Shown here one piece after another: positions 13,638-24,822 of a stretch of 64,000 nt of DNA (within the stretch, counting starts at the first letter, position 1; the number at the start of each line of letters is the position of its first letter). A program made the translations under genes and the position numbers. The stretch is taken from the NCBI RefSeq assembly GCF_006345805.1, contig NC_042997.1, positions 38,750,001-38,814,000 of the forward strand, given 5' to 3'. The notes under the pieces are model-generated. The model ran no database searches and was not told the DNA's origin. It saw only the letters and a list, made by a program, of their open reading frames with translations. Source of the DNA: Octopus sinensis. Lineage: Eukaryota.

Positions 13638-13667
13638 GTAACTAGAATGTGGAATCTGAAAACAAAA

Positions 13668-13728
<61 letters not shown>

Positions 13729-13885
13729 TAAGGCGGTATTTCGTCCTTCGCTACATATTGAATTCGAATTCCGCTGAGATCGACTTCGCCTTTCATCCTT
13801 TCGGGGTTGATAAATTAAGTACCAGTGAAATACTGGGGCTGGTCTAATCAATTAGTCCCCTCCCCCTTTATGCCTAGGATAAATG
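13729..13885 (+). mobile_element. Diverged SINE-B (tail 2) within (TTA)n
   Basis: tttcatcctttcggggttgataaattaagtaccag core. Confidence 0.8.
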
Positions 13886-13954
<69 letters not shown>

Positions 13955-14049
13955 GTCGCCATAGGTAGAGTAGTGTTTTCGGAGCGCAGTAAATTTATGA
14001 TTAATTCACTTGTTTAAAAGGCTCTATATTGTATCTTGTTGTTTAAATC

Positions 14050-14439
14050 ATTTTGCAAGCCAGCTGCCCTTCTCGGGGGTCGGGGGCAGGGGCTGACGTT
14101 TTTTAACCAAAACCCCATTTTCGTGGTGATACAAATCTTTTTGCTTTCAAATTTCTTCGCGAATTTGCTTCGAAGTAAATAAACATTGAAGATGGCAACG
14201 AAAAGCAGGAGTGGGAAAGTAGGTGGTACGGGAATTTGCACGATGACTTCCCCGTCTTCCCCACTATGATTGGCAGGAGACAGTAGCAGAAGAAGAAGAA
14301 GAAGAAGAAGAAGAGAAGAAGAAGAAGAAGAAGAAGACAAGAAGAAGAACAAGAACAAGAACAAGAACAAGAACAAGAAGAACAAGAAGAAGAACAACAA
14401 GAAGGAGAAGAACAAGAAGAAGAAGAACAAGAAGAACAA

Positions 14440-14491
<52 letters not shown>

Positions 14492-15250
14492 CGGGAGGAA
14501 GGAAGGAGTAAAGTCTTCCTCTCTACATGGAAATTGTAGTAGCACGAAGAACAACAGTGAAAGCAACTGCTGCGAGACTAACAAACATGGAGTTAGCGGC
14601 GGAAAGAAACTTTTGTAAATACCACGGCAGTTAAGGAATTGGTTAACATCTCATTGGAGAACAAAATAGAAAATCTAAACCAGGCAGCAAAATATATGAA
14701 GATAAACGGAAGGAGGGCAGAAATGACGGCTCCAAGTGACGTGCTTGAAGCAACAGCTAAACGGACAGTTGTCTACAGGTGCGTGAACTCAAAAACAAGG
14801 AGACTCGAAAATGCTAAACGCGACTAGGTAGAAAAGCCTTGAAAGAAATATGGCAGGATAGCCACCATATTGCGATAGCGAGGCAGTACAGCAGAATAGA
14901 GGTCATTTTTTAAAACCGAGGGGTACGCTTTTCAGAGCTCGGTGGCCACACGTCGCACCGAGGAAAACGCTCTCTTCCCAACATTCATGGGAAGAAGGGC
15001 GGTACGAATTACGGTGCCAGGTGTCCCGCCAGGCTTGGATTTATGGTGGATTGTCGCCTGTATTTGTACGGACGGAGAGAGAATTTCCTGAATGTTAAAA
15101 CATCGAGGAGGGAGAATTGGGTTGGGACTACCTTAGAGGTTCTTCACATGAAGCCAGAGCATTTAGAGAAAGTCCAAGACCTGATTTCCCTCTCAAATGG
15201 AATAGAATTAAGGGTGAACGGGGATGACTTTGTACCTATAGTAGAAAGAA
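14050..15250 (+). mobile_element. Probable decayed 5'UTR/ORF1 of a non-LTR retrotransposon (L1/Tx1-like)
   Basis: GC-richer segment. The broken reading frame includes IEVIF..LFPTFMGRRAVRITVPGVPPGLDLWWIVA, resembling Tx1-type ORF1; no diagnostic catalytic motif. Confidence 0.35.
14288..14490. repeat. Compound (GAA)n/(GAACAA)n/(GAAA)n purine tract
   Basis: Read directly. Confidence 0.97.
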
Positions 15251-15679
15251 TTACTACTATTACATTTACTCCTTTTACCACGTCTATTAGTTCTATATTT
15301 GTCACTTTGTTGAAAGCAACAGATAAAATTTTAAATTTAAAATATCTTGCTATTTAAAATTATGTCTTTAATACAAAATGTATTCAATTTAAATCGAAAT
15401 CCTTGGAAGACCTGGAAAATTCAGAGAAATGTATTCTATATTAGGTTCTTTTTGATAGGGTAAATTTTTGAAATTTTGGTTGCCTTTCTCATTGAAGGCT
15501 TAGTTTTACTTTGAATATTGTTTAACTAAAATCGTTTATTTTAAAACTATTTCATATTCAGGAAATTCCATATATGCATTCTACAAAATCTATATTTACT
15601 TCAATAACTTCTTCATAAACAGCGTTGCTAGTTAATATCCTCTTGTATTTTATATGATGTGTCTTTCTAGCTGTGTGGA

Positions 15680-17300
15680 TGAGTTCTCTCTGATCGAGAA
15701 ACATTCTCAACTTTGCTTGATCTTCCATTCTGCTAAAGGCAATATGAAATTGTTATGTGAACACTGGAGTTAGAACATACAATCCGCACCTCTCTAAACC
15801 TTCTCCTTAGACCTTATTTATCAATAACAGCTTTATAGGAAATTGCAATCTTTTTAGAGTGAATAGTAAATGTAAGAGAGTTGAAGGGGGACCCAAGAAT
15901 TCATTAGCATTGTTCTTGCTTCATGGTCGCTAAGTTTGCAAACATTCGAGAAAATTCTACGTAGTGCTGAGGCAGTATAGCGAGAACCATTGCAATGTAC
16001 ATTTCTGCAGTCTAATGTTCGGAGAAGCGTTACACGTGCTCCTATTTCGATTTTGCTGATGCAACTTATGTATTTAGGGAATTTAAAACTCATCTTTATA
16101 TATAGAAATGAAGTTGTGTGTCTGTCTCCTACGATTTAGATTCCTAACTACTCCCACATTTTGCGGTGCAGTGTAACCAAAAGCGGGTATCTTATAGTCG
16201 TGATTCATATCGAGCCCTTCTGGGTATTAGCGCGCATCTATGATGAGTCTACGATTTAAAAAAAATTACCATAATTTTTTCCCATTTTTAATGCATTTTT
16301 TTGCTATTATATAAGGGAAGTAACTTTCTAAAAATGTATTATTACATCTCAGAACGTAAAAAGCTACAGTAACACCCCGCTTTGTGGTTAGCCATATTGA
16401 GATGGCTATTATACTTTACATCTCTAAAAATGCTTATATAGTTATTTCCCTTACAAATCCGAGCAACGCCGGGCGATACTGCTGGTATGGGATAAAGAAC
16501 AAACTGAATGTTTATGCCTCGTGCCTACGCTTCTCGGTGTAATTCTGTTACAAGGAGGTTTATCCACAAGTTTTTAGTTTATTTGATAAACTTAGTCGTT
16601 TTTGCAGTTAGGATAACTTATGAAGAACGTCATTGTTCATTTCTATGGTGTGTTACTAGGCTGGCATAAACAATTCATTGTCAAGAAATGACAAATTACG
16701 GTTACATCTGGAAATGACGTGTCAGTATTAACAGTATTTGAATTAATTCCTTCGCCTAGTTCTAGTAACCAGTTTGGATGTTCGTTTAGCCGATTATATG
16801 CAACAAAATTATTATGGTCTAAGTATTCGTGATCTCTCATATTTGTCTTGATTTTCAAAACTTCACATGGAATCCAAATCGAAAGCCTTTTAATGCGTTC
16901 ATCAATAACCAAAAATCGATTACCATGACTCACTCCTGGAGAATTTGCTGGAAATCACCGAGTACTTACACTTTGTATCATGCAATTCAAAACTTCGTGA
17001 TGTCAGTGCCATATTGGGGTTTCGTCTCACACTAACAAATGAGTATTAAGCAGAAGACTATCAGTTACTTCATGGGGAGATATTTGGCAGGTTGATGTAG
17101 ATTTCATCAGATTGAGAAGCTTGAAGCAAGATTGCCCTGTCTGTCCAAGTTTCATTAGCGTAGCTGCAATACTTGGTGAAGGTGTAACAAGCGCAATTCG
17201 GCAACGCATACCAACATAGGACAATAACAATTTCAGCAGGGAAGACTTATATGCTCCTCCCGGGGCATCGATGAATAACAGGTCACCTTGATTGTAGTCT
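15680..17300 (-). pseudogene. Decayed Helitron PIF1-type helicase, interrupted by a non-autonomous Helitron
   Basis: Ordered motifs on the minus strand: LFIDAPGGAYKSSLL (degenerate Walker A), SIAATLMKLGQTGQSCFKL, DETP, LKIKTNMR..WLLELGEG, YPI.(E)FLNSL, IGARVTLLRTLD..CNGSRY, KRLQFPIKL..PVFT..QFHIAFSRM. Confidence 0.85.
16093..16485 (+). mobile_element. Non-autonomous Helitron (same family as 6803-7201)
   Basis: A|TCTTTATATATAG ... hairpin ... CTGG|T; colinear with the 6803 copy. Confidence 0.88.
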
Positions 17301-17779
17301 TTATTTTTTTATTGGCTAAAAATAAAACCTCTGGTCATTTTTGAGCATATTTATGCGGTCATTTAAATAGATTTTGGTTAAGGGATCTATTTCATCTCGA
17401 TTAACGGACATATTCTTATAAACACATTTTAAGGAATTACGCATCAAATGTTAGCCTCGTTGCCCCTGTTTCTTACTCCTTTAGTCTCAGTTTAACCTCT
17501 TTCGGCAGGACTTCGCTGACGATACTATGGAAAACGGTAGTCATGTTTATCAAAGTGCGTTATGGATCACAGACAGACGGAGAATCACAGCTCAGAATAT
17601 ATAGATTTTCATCATCATCCGCAGCAACAGCAGCATCAGCAGTATCATCATCATCCATAATTCTGCTCCCCTTGTTACAACAATTTTTCTCAAATTCATT
17701 ATCCCCAACCTCTTTATATATATATGTTCAATATGTGACAGTTCAATATGTGACCGCGTGTGTATCGTTGGCGATTTTC

Positions 17780-17948
17780 TTTCTCCGTCTTACCTTCCTT
17801 GGACCTTTCCTTTTACTATGTTTCAGACGAAGAGCTCCGCTCGAAACGTTAAGTCATCCTTCTTTCTTTCCTTTCCTGAGCGTCCAATAACACTATACTT
17901 GTTCCACGTCTTCGCGTTGTTGTGTTTTCTCTTTGTTCATGTTTGGAG

Positions 17949-17952
<4 letters not shown>
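17780..17952 (+). repeat. PLE-type terminal repeat with a hammerhead-like motif
   Basis: Contains CAGACGA-A-GAGC(UCC)GCUC-GAAACGUU; its 3' part recurs at about 21810-21900 and 10681-10735, ending at TA runs. Confidence 0.55.
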
Positions 17953-18000
<48 letters not shown>

Positions 18001-18002
<2 letters not shown>

Positions 18003-18864
18003 AAAAGAAATGGAAGAAATGGAGCAGTAATTAACAATGGTTGATCATTGGTATTAAAACGTCATAGTTTAATTGTAGTTCAGAACCATTTACACCTGTT
18101 TATGTTTATCAAATCGAAGTAAATTTGCAATTATCTTATTCAGTTTAACAAACATCGTCAGAACGATCTAGAAGAATATAAATAGGAGAAAATGGAAAAG
18201 AAAGGAAAAAGCAAAAAGTCACTAAAATGTAAGCCTAAAGACTTAACGAACATTTTCCTTTTCTTTTTGCTTTTTCCTTTTCCTTTCTTTTCCCTTTTCT
18301 CCTATTTATCTCTCTATATATAAACGGCAGTTTGTCTGTGTGCGTGTCTGTGTGTCTGTTAGGTTGTACCCTCACCCTGACCACGGCTTTCAACCGATTC
18401 TGATGAAACTTGACACACACATAGCCCAATGTCATAATTTAAAACTAACGCAGCGAAAATTATGAAAAGTTCCCCCAGTTCTGAAAAAGATCGATAAATT
18501 CGACATGGGGTCGACAATCAGAAACACAAACCACAGATGGTCTAGGGGACGCAACTCGACCTTTTTAACTCTCAAAAAAAATTTACCATCATTTTTTCCC
18601 CATTTTTTGCTATTTTTTGGCTATAACTCTCTAAAAATGCTTTATAGTTATTTCCCTTGCAAACCCGAGCAACGCCGGGCGATACTGCTAGTATTCCTCT
18701 AAATCATTCTGACGATGTTTGTTAAATTGAATGAGATAAATGCAAAGTTACCTCGATTTGATAAACAGAAACAACTGTAAATGGTTCTCAACTACAATTA
18801 AACAATGAATTTTTAATACCAATGATCAACTTCTCATTATTAATTACTGGTCCATTTCTTTTCT
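18001..18864. mobile_element. Foldback (long inverted repeat) element in (TA)n, right arm interrupted by a Helitron
   Basis: Left arm 18001 to about 18235 is the reverse complement of 18250-18308 plus 18692-18864. Confidence 0.85.
18309..18691 (+). mobile_element. Non-autonomous Helitron, different internal sequence
   Basis: A|TCTCTCTATATATAAA start; same 3' region, hairpin and CTAG|T as the 6803 copy. Confidence 0.9.
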
Positions 18865-19096
18865 ATATATATTAAACCACAATTCTACTTTTAAATTACA
18901 AACTATTGTATACCCTATAGCTAGGACTATACATATTGAGGTAATACACCAGTAGTGTCTACGGATACATTTATCCCTTAGATGGTTGAATAACATCTAA
19001 CTCATACTTTGCTTATATATATATATATATAAAGTTCGAATAATCAGAGAATGGAGAAAACTTTTGATCAACAAACAAATTGGACCACACACACTT

Positions 19097-19235
19097 ATGT
19101 ATGTATGTATGTATGTATGTATGTATGTATGTATGTATGTATGTATGTATGTATGTATGTATGTATGCATGTATGTATGTATGTATGTATGTATGTATGT
19201 ATGTATGTATGTATGTATGTATGTATGTATGTATG
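19097..19235. repeat. (TATG)n microsatellite
   Basis: Read directly. Confidence 0.98.
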
Positions 19236-20170
19236 TGCATATATAAATACGTTATAGATATATATATAACAGACATTTATTCTCCACCATAGTTTCAAAA
19301 CACTTTCTTGGTGAAACTTTAATTTCACATTCACATTTTAATAATGAAATATTTCTACTTCACTTACTGAGTTAATGTCGTTTTAGTTTTCATAGATAAA
19401 CATGAAGACCTCCAAAATATATATAGAATGTGTGTGAGAGAGAGAGAGGGGGGGAGAGAGAGAGAGAGAGGGGGGGAGAGAGCTTTCAAGGACGATTTAT
19501 TGCAAAATTAGATTTTCCAATTCGTTTCGACTATTGAAATGTACTTGAATAAATCTATGCTTAGGTTTCTTTCAGGTTTCAATATACTTTATATATAGTG
19601 TGAATTTATTGAAAATTTCCGAAGTTATCCTTGCAATTAATAACACTTTAACCTTTCGCTGAATAAATCGTAATTCCAAACTGCATAAACTGTTCATAGC
19701 AAATTTTATAACAGCAATTCTGGTGGTGCTATTAAGTTAGACATGGCCTGGACCAATCTTTGGTCGAAACATATCTAAGTTATCTAAGTTATATGTAACT
19801 GGCTATATATAAGTATTTTCAGAAAGTGGTATATATAGTCATTTGAATTATGTCAGCGTATGTTCTTTTTTCATATTCTATTGCAAACTGAATTATTCGA
19901 AGTCAATGCTGCAATAATATGAGAGAGAAATGCTATTTTATCACACCACGCATTGCTTCTTCTAATGTCATTTCGGCTCAACTGAGACAGTGCCAGACAA
20001 AATGCCTTACAATACTTAGTCCTAGCCATTCAAGTTCTTGTTCGGATATCGCCGAGAAACGATTGGGCTTTCATCTTTCCAGGATCGATAATATACAGTA
20101 GCTGTCTAATACTGGATTCTTACAGTTGACTGTACCCATTCCCCAGATTTTAGTCGTTATGCCTATTGTA

Positions 20171-20372
20171 AGGAACCAACTGGCAGAATCAATAGCGTGC
20201 TGGAAAAAGTGTTTAACCGCATTCCATCCGTCTTTATGTTCTGAGTTCAAATTCCACCAACGTCGACTATGCTTTTTCCTCATTTTGGGGTCGATAAAAT
20301 AAGTACTAGTCGATCAACTTATCCACTCCCCCGAAATTACTGGCTTTGTGACAAAATGTGAAATCCGTATTA
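20171..20372 (+). mobile_element. Diverged SINE-B with a third tail variant
   Basis: ctggcagaatc...ttctgagttcaaattcc...ggggtcgataaaataagtac, tail ccccgaaattactggctttgtg. Confidence 0.78.
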
Positions 20373-20613
20373 GTATACTACAGTTGATAGACATATAGCA
20401 TATTAAAGCAAGTTCCTTGCAGTATTTGGTTTCTTCTTTTATTGCTCAAGCATGAAATTTGTTGTCTGGTAGAGAATATATGCATGAGAATACATACATA
20501 AAACATACAAATCTGCACATACATACAATAATACCTTCTTGCTGATGTTGAAATTCCAATGAAGGATCTGGCAAAAAATCTTGAAATAAACTAAATAATG
20601 ACATATAACCATC

Positions 20614-21185
20614 AGCGAAAAAGAAAATACCTACGCTGAACTATTAAGAAATCTGCAGTTACTCTATCAAGATCACAAGTTCAGGGTTTTACCAGTAATT
20701 ATTGAAGCATTAGGGTATGTAACACACTGCCTTAACGCCAATCTTGAGAAATTAGGCTTTTCAAAACCAGAAAGAAAGAAGAAAGCTGATTCGAAGACTA
20801 CAGATCCAATCCATCACTGGAACTGTAAAAATCTGCAAAACTTCCCAGAAGTTTATCATTTAAGTATATATGAGCATATCTAGATATGCAATTATATGCA
20901 TGAGAATACGTACATAAAATAAAGCATACAAATCTGTTCATATACATACATACATACATACATACATACATAAATACATACATACATACATACATACATA
21001 CATACATACATACATACATACATACATACATACATACATACATACATACATACGTACGTACATGCAAAAATACCCTGTTGATGTGGCTGGAATTCCAATG
21101 AAGGAGCCTTGGATCTAGGTTAGAAACCGGCTCTTTCTCTATCAGAAATAAATCTTGAAATAAAACTGAATAATGACATACATCA
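20614..21185 (+). mobile_element. 3' end of a REL-type LINE (C-terminal coding remnant plus 3'UTR with (TACA)n)
   Basis: EKENTYAELLRNLQLLYQDHKFRVLPVIIEALGYV..LEKLGF..LIRRLQIQSITGTVKICKT (20614-20863). A second, partial 3'UTR copy lies immediately upstream (about 20475-20605). Confidence 0.65.
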
Positions 21186-21347
21186 TATATATATATAAAT
21201 ACATATATATACAAAATATGGGGGTTTAGTTCACAGGTGATCTAAACGGTTAGGTACGGTAGGTAGGTGCTTTAACGGATTACTAGAGCTCCAAGGTTAT
21301 AGCCGAGACAGCAGTTATGGAGCCATTGCAGATTTCTGGTATAGCGG

Positions 21348-21656
21348 ATATATAATTGTTAAAGAGGACAATAAACGTTTAGTCAAGGCAAGCATCTCAA
21401 GTGTGAACTTTTATGCTTCTTTTTTTCTTCTCTTTTTTCATCTCTTTATTCCTTTATTCCTGTTCTCTAGGTTGTCATTTTATTAATCTATACCTTTCTC
21501 ATTTTCCCTATTTGTCCCCGATGACGGAATATCCAATACTCTTGGATATCCCAGAAACAGTTGTAAGACTTTGAATTATTTCCAATAATACAATGTATAT
21601 GACTTGAGATGTTTGCCTTGCCTTAACGTTTGCTGTCCTCTTTAACAATTATATAT
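21348..21656 (+). mobile_element. Small element with 55-bp inverted ends enclosing a hammerhead-like motif
   Basis: Arms 21348-21402 / 21602-21656; hammerhead-like fold at 21514-21569. Confidence 0.7.
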
Positions 21657-21671
21657 ATATAACACACACAC

Positions 21672-21738
<67 letters not shown>

Positions 21739-21771
21739 CAATATATACACACATATATATTATATATATAT

Positions 21772-21813
<42 letters not shown>

Positions 21814-22402
21814 TCCTCTTCCCTGAGCGTCCAATAATACTATTTGTTCCACGTCCTCGCGTTGGTGTGTTTTTTTTGTGTTTTCTTGTTTGGATTAACT
21901 TTATATATATATATATATATCTATATTATTAGAAATAGCCAGATAACCGAAGATATGGTGTTGTGGATTCCACTTCGGCATCGGAACTCAGTTTTATCTT
22001 GATACCGAGTAATGTAACAATTATTGTATAGATAAATTTCCTCTACTTACATAATATTGAGGTCTCTTTCTTTCTTTTGTTATCTTACCGTTTTATCAAT
22101 AATATATATATATATATATTATACCACATACTTTTTCTAAGCTCTGGTGATGAGATCTTCGTCTCTGCTCTTATAGGTGAAGTTAAAGATCGGCACAGAG
22201 TGTAATATTAAATTAAAGACACAAGACGAGTTGCTGTATAATCATATTCGTTAGTCTCCAGCTATTTTCGCGATAAGAAATAATACACCCAGCGGTGATT
22301 GGAAATGTCAACGTCATAGCTTTATCAGAGTCCTAACATTTTAGGTCAATAAATGTGATTATGTAATTACGGTTCATTTGTCATACATAAAAAATATATA
22401 TA

Positions 22403-22566
22403 GGCGCAGGAGTGGACTGTGTGGTAAGTAGCTTGCTAACCAACCACATGGTGGTCCGGGTTCAGTCCCACTGCGTGGCATCTTGGGCAAGTGTCTTCTG
22501 CTATAGCCCCGGCTGACCAATGCCTTGTGAGTGGATTTGGTAGACGGAAACTGAAAGAAACCTGTC

Positions 22567-22644
<78 letters not shown>

Positions 22645-22846
22645 TTGTGTGTCTAGCTTTGCTTGACAACCGATGCTGGTGTGTTTACGTCCCTGTCACT
22701 TAGCGGTTCGGCAAAAGAAACCGATAGAATAAGTACTGGGCTTACAAAGAATAAGTCCCGGGGTCGATTTGCTCGACTAAAGGCGGTGCTCCAGCATGGC
22801 CGCAGTCAAATGACTGAAACAAGTAAAAGAGTGAAAGAGTAAAGAG
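22403..22846 (+). mobile_element. SINE family A, full length
   Basis: Complete head, internal (TA)n and tail aagtaaaagag. Confidence 0.94.
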
Positions 22847-22999
22847 TATACGTAAACGTCGAACGATGAGAAGAGTGCTCAACACCGCATTGGTGGATAT
22901 ATAATTTCTTTGTTTGTGAATTGAAGCTACAATTGGTTTCTTGTTAAGAAAAGTGGGGAAATATACTAGTGTCTTAACAATTTGCCAAGCCAATCAGAT

Positions 23000-23580
23000 G
23001 GAGAAAGGTGTTCGCCGCAATTTTGGAAAACAGTGTCGCTTCGTTCACGGGATTTCTCGAAAATTCGTGTTACTAAAACAATGAATCAGTGAAACAAGGG
23101 ACGTTATTCTTGAGGTGCACCTTTTGCATGTTTGACTCCCTTGGAGGTGTCTTTTCTGTAATTTTTTTTGTATGATAAGTTTGCATTAATTTGCATTATT
23201 TTGTTTTGTTTTGTTCTGAGCACGGCGTCCTTGTATATGATTGTTGAGATAGTTCGTCATTGGTGCAAATTTCTTCTTTGTGTGTAGTTTGTGTGGTATG
23301 TGTGTTCACGTCAAGGAAAGAGGGTTATCCTGGTAGGGTTACCCTCGTTTATAGGGGCTCTTCTTTGAAATATTTGAGTGTAAACTATTGCTTGTATATG
23401 TAGGGATGGAAGGTTTTATTCCTAATGTTTAAGATGGTATCTGTTGATTGTGCAATGTTTAATTTTTCAGTAATACAGAGTTCACATTTGGTACCCCGTC
23501 CTTTGTATTTTTTGGCCTTAGGAATAATTCTCCATTCTCTCTAAGGATTGCTTATTCCACCTTCTTTCAATGTCCACATG
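23000..23580 (-). mobile_element. Penelope-like element 3' fragment (GIY-YIG C-terminus plus probable 3'UTR)
   Basis: Minus strand about 23385-23580: WRIIPKAKKYKGRGTKCELCITEKLNI..ILNIRN, matching the PLE WxIxxxAxxY..CxLCxxEK..LNxR pattern. Confidence 0.72.
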
Positions 23581-24027
23581 TATACATATATATATATATA
23601 ATTTTCAGTGGTTGTAGCATGCACTGCGCTAACCCCATCTATTAGCCCAAGAAGACCTTCGACGGTGTGACATGAAAATTGACAAAGCCGGGAACTTCCC
23701 AGGCCTCAGGTTTTATTTCGGAGATTTCCTTCTCCTAGGTAGATTACCAACCAAGGTTAAAGAGCTTCTACCTGCCCATGAGGTAAGCTGTCCCATTCCA
23801 GACACCAAACCAACACTCAGACACTCTATAAAGTGATCAAATATCACTCCGGTGACCGACGCGGAGTAGCTCATTTATATATATAAAAATATACGATACG
23901 TGATTTGGAAATATAAATAAGAATTAAATATAAATAATATATATAAATATAAAAAAGTAAAAGATATGCAATTTAAAACTATAAATAAAGTAAGATTTAA
24001 ATATAAATAATATATATATATATATTA

Positions 24028-24260
24028 AAGGCGGTGAGCAGGCAGAAACGTTAGCACGCCGGGCGAAATGCGTAGCCGTATTTCGTCTGCCGTTACGTTC
24101 TGAGTTCAAATTCCGCCGAGGTCGACTTTGCCTTTCATTCTTTCGGGGTCGATAAATTAAGTACCAGTTACGCACTGGGGTCGATTTAATCGACTAAATC
24201 CGTTTGTCTGTCCTTGTTTGTCCCCTCTGTGTTTAACCCCTTCTGGGTAGTAAAGAAATA
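24028..24260 (+). mobile_element. SINE family B, tail 1
   Basis: Full-length match to the other B copies. Confidence 0.93.
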
Positions 24261-24364
24261 AATATATATATATAAGTAAAAATATACATATATATATACA
24301 TATAAGAAAAAACGATATATACATATTTACAGATATTTTGTTGGATGGCCGTTAACTGCTCATG

Positions 24365-24520
24365 AGTTCCTCCGCTCTAGAGTGCTACTGGTAACATGTA
24401 ATCCAGTACAACCTGTCGCATGGTCGGGTCGTCGGTGACTAGACTGGCAACCCCACCAGGCTTGCTTGGTGAGGAGGGTGTTGTTGGACACCCAGCGGGA
24501 TGAAAAATAACACCCGTGAA
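24365..24520 (-). mobile_element. Possible RTE-type LINE 5' region fragment
   Basis: GC-rich segment (ccctcctcaccaagcaagcctggtggggttgcc...gacgacccgaccatgcgacagg) resembling RTE 5' sequences; no coding support. Confidence 0.3.
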
Positions 24521-24530
24521 AGGGCAGAGA

Positions 24531-24615
<85 letters not shown>

Positions 24616-24619
24616 TCGT

Positions 24620-24822
24620 TGTGCTTGTGTATGTCAACCGCATGACAACCGCTGTTGGTGTGTTTAAGTTCCCGTTGGTGTGTTTAAGTTCAGCGAAAGT
24701 GTCGGATTGAATAAGTACTAGGCTTTAAAAAAAACTGTCCTAAGGTCGATTTGTTCGACTAAAACCTTTGAAGGCAGTGCTCCAACATGGCTGAAGTCAA
24801 ATGGACTGACACATGTAAAAAA
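24620..24822 (+). mobile_element. Old SINE-A 3' half
   Basis: tgacaaccgctgttggtgtgttta...gaataagtactaggct...ggtcgatttgttcgactaa. Confidence 0.75.

Noticed and set aside
14014-14584. Long Lys/Glu- or Phe/Leu-rich ORFs
   Set aside because: They are produced by the GAA/GAAA microsatellite.
21095-21135. Hammerhead-like CCAAUGA-AGG..AGCCU/AGGUU..AGAAACCGG in the LINE 3'UTR
   Set aside because: Both local copies read CCAAUGA, two core substitutions that appear to be the family state, and stem I does not pair.
5986-24175. Recurrent ORF MRNWYLIYRPRKDERQSRPRRNLNSER (5986, 12313, 23924) looking like a gene family
   Set aside because: It is the antisense reading of SINE-B; similarity ends at the SINE boundaries.
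24380-24520. HDV-like ribozyme in the RTE-like fragment
   Set aside because: I can see two simple hairpins but cannot build the nested double pseudoknot.
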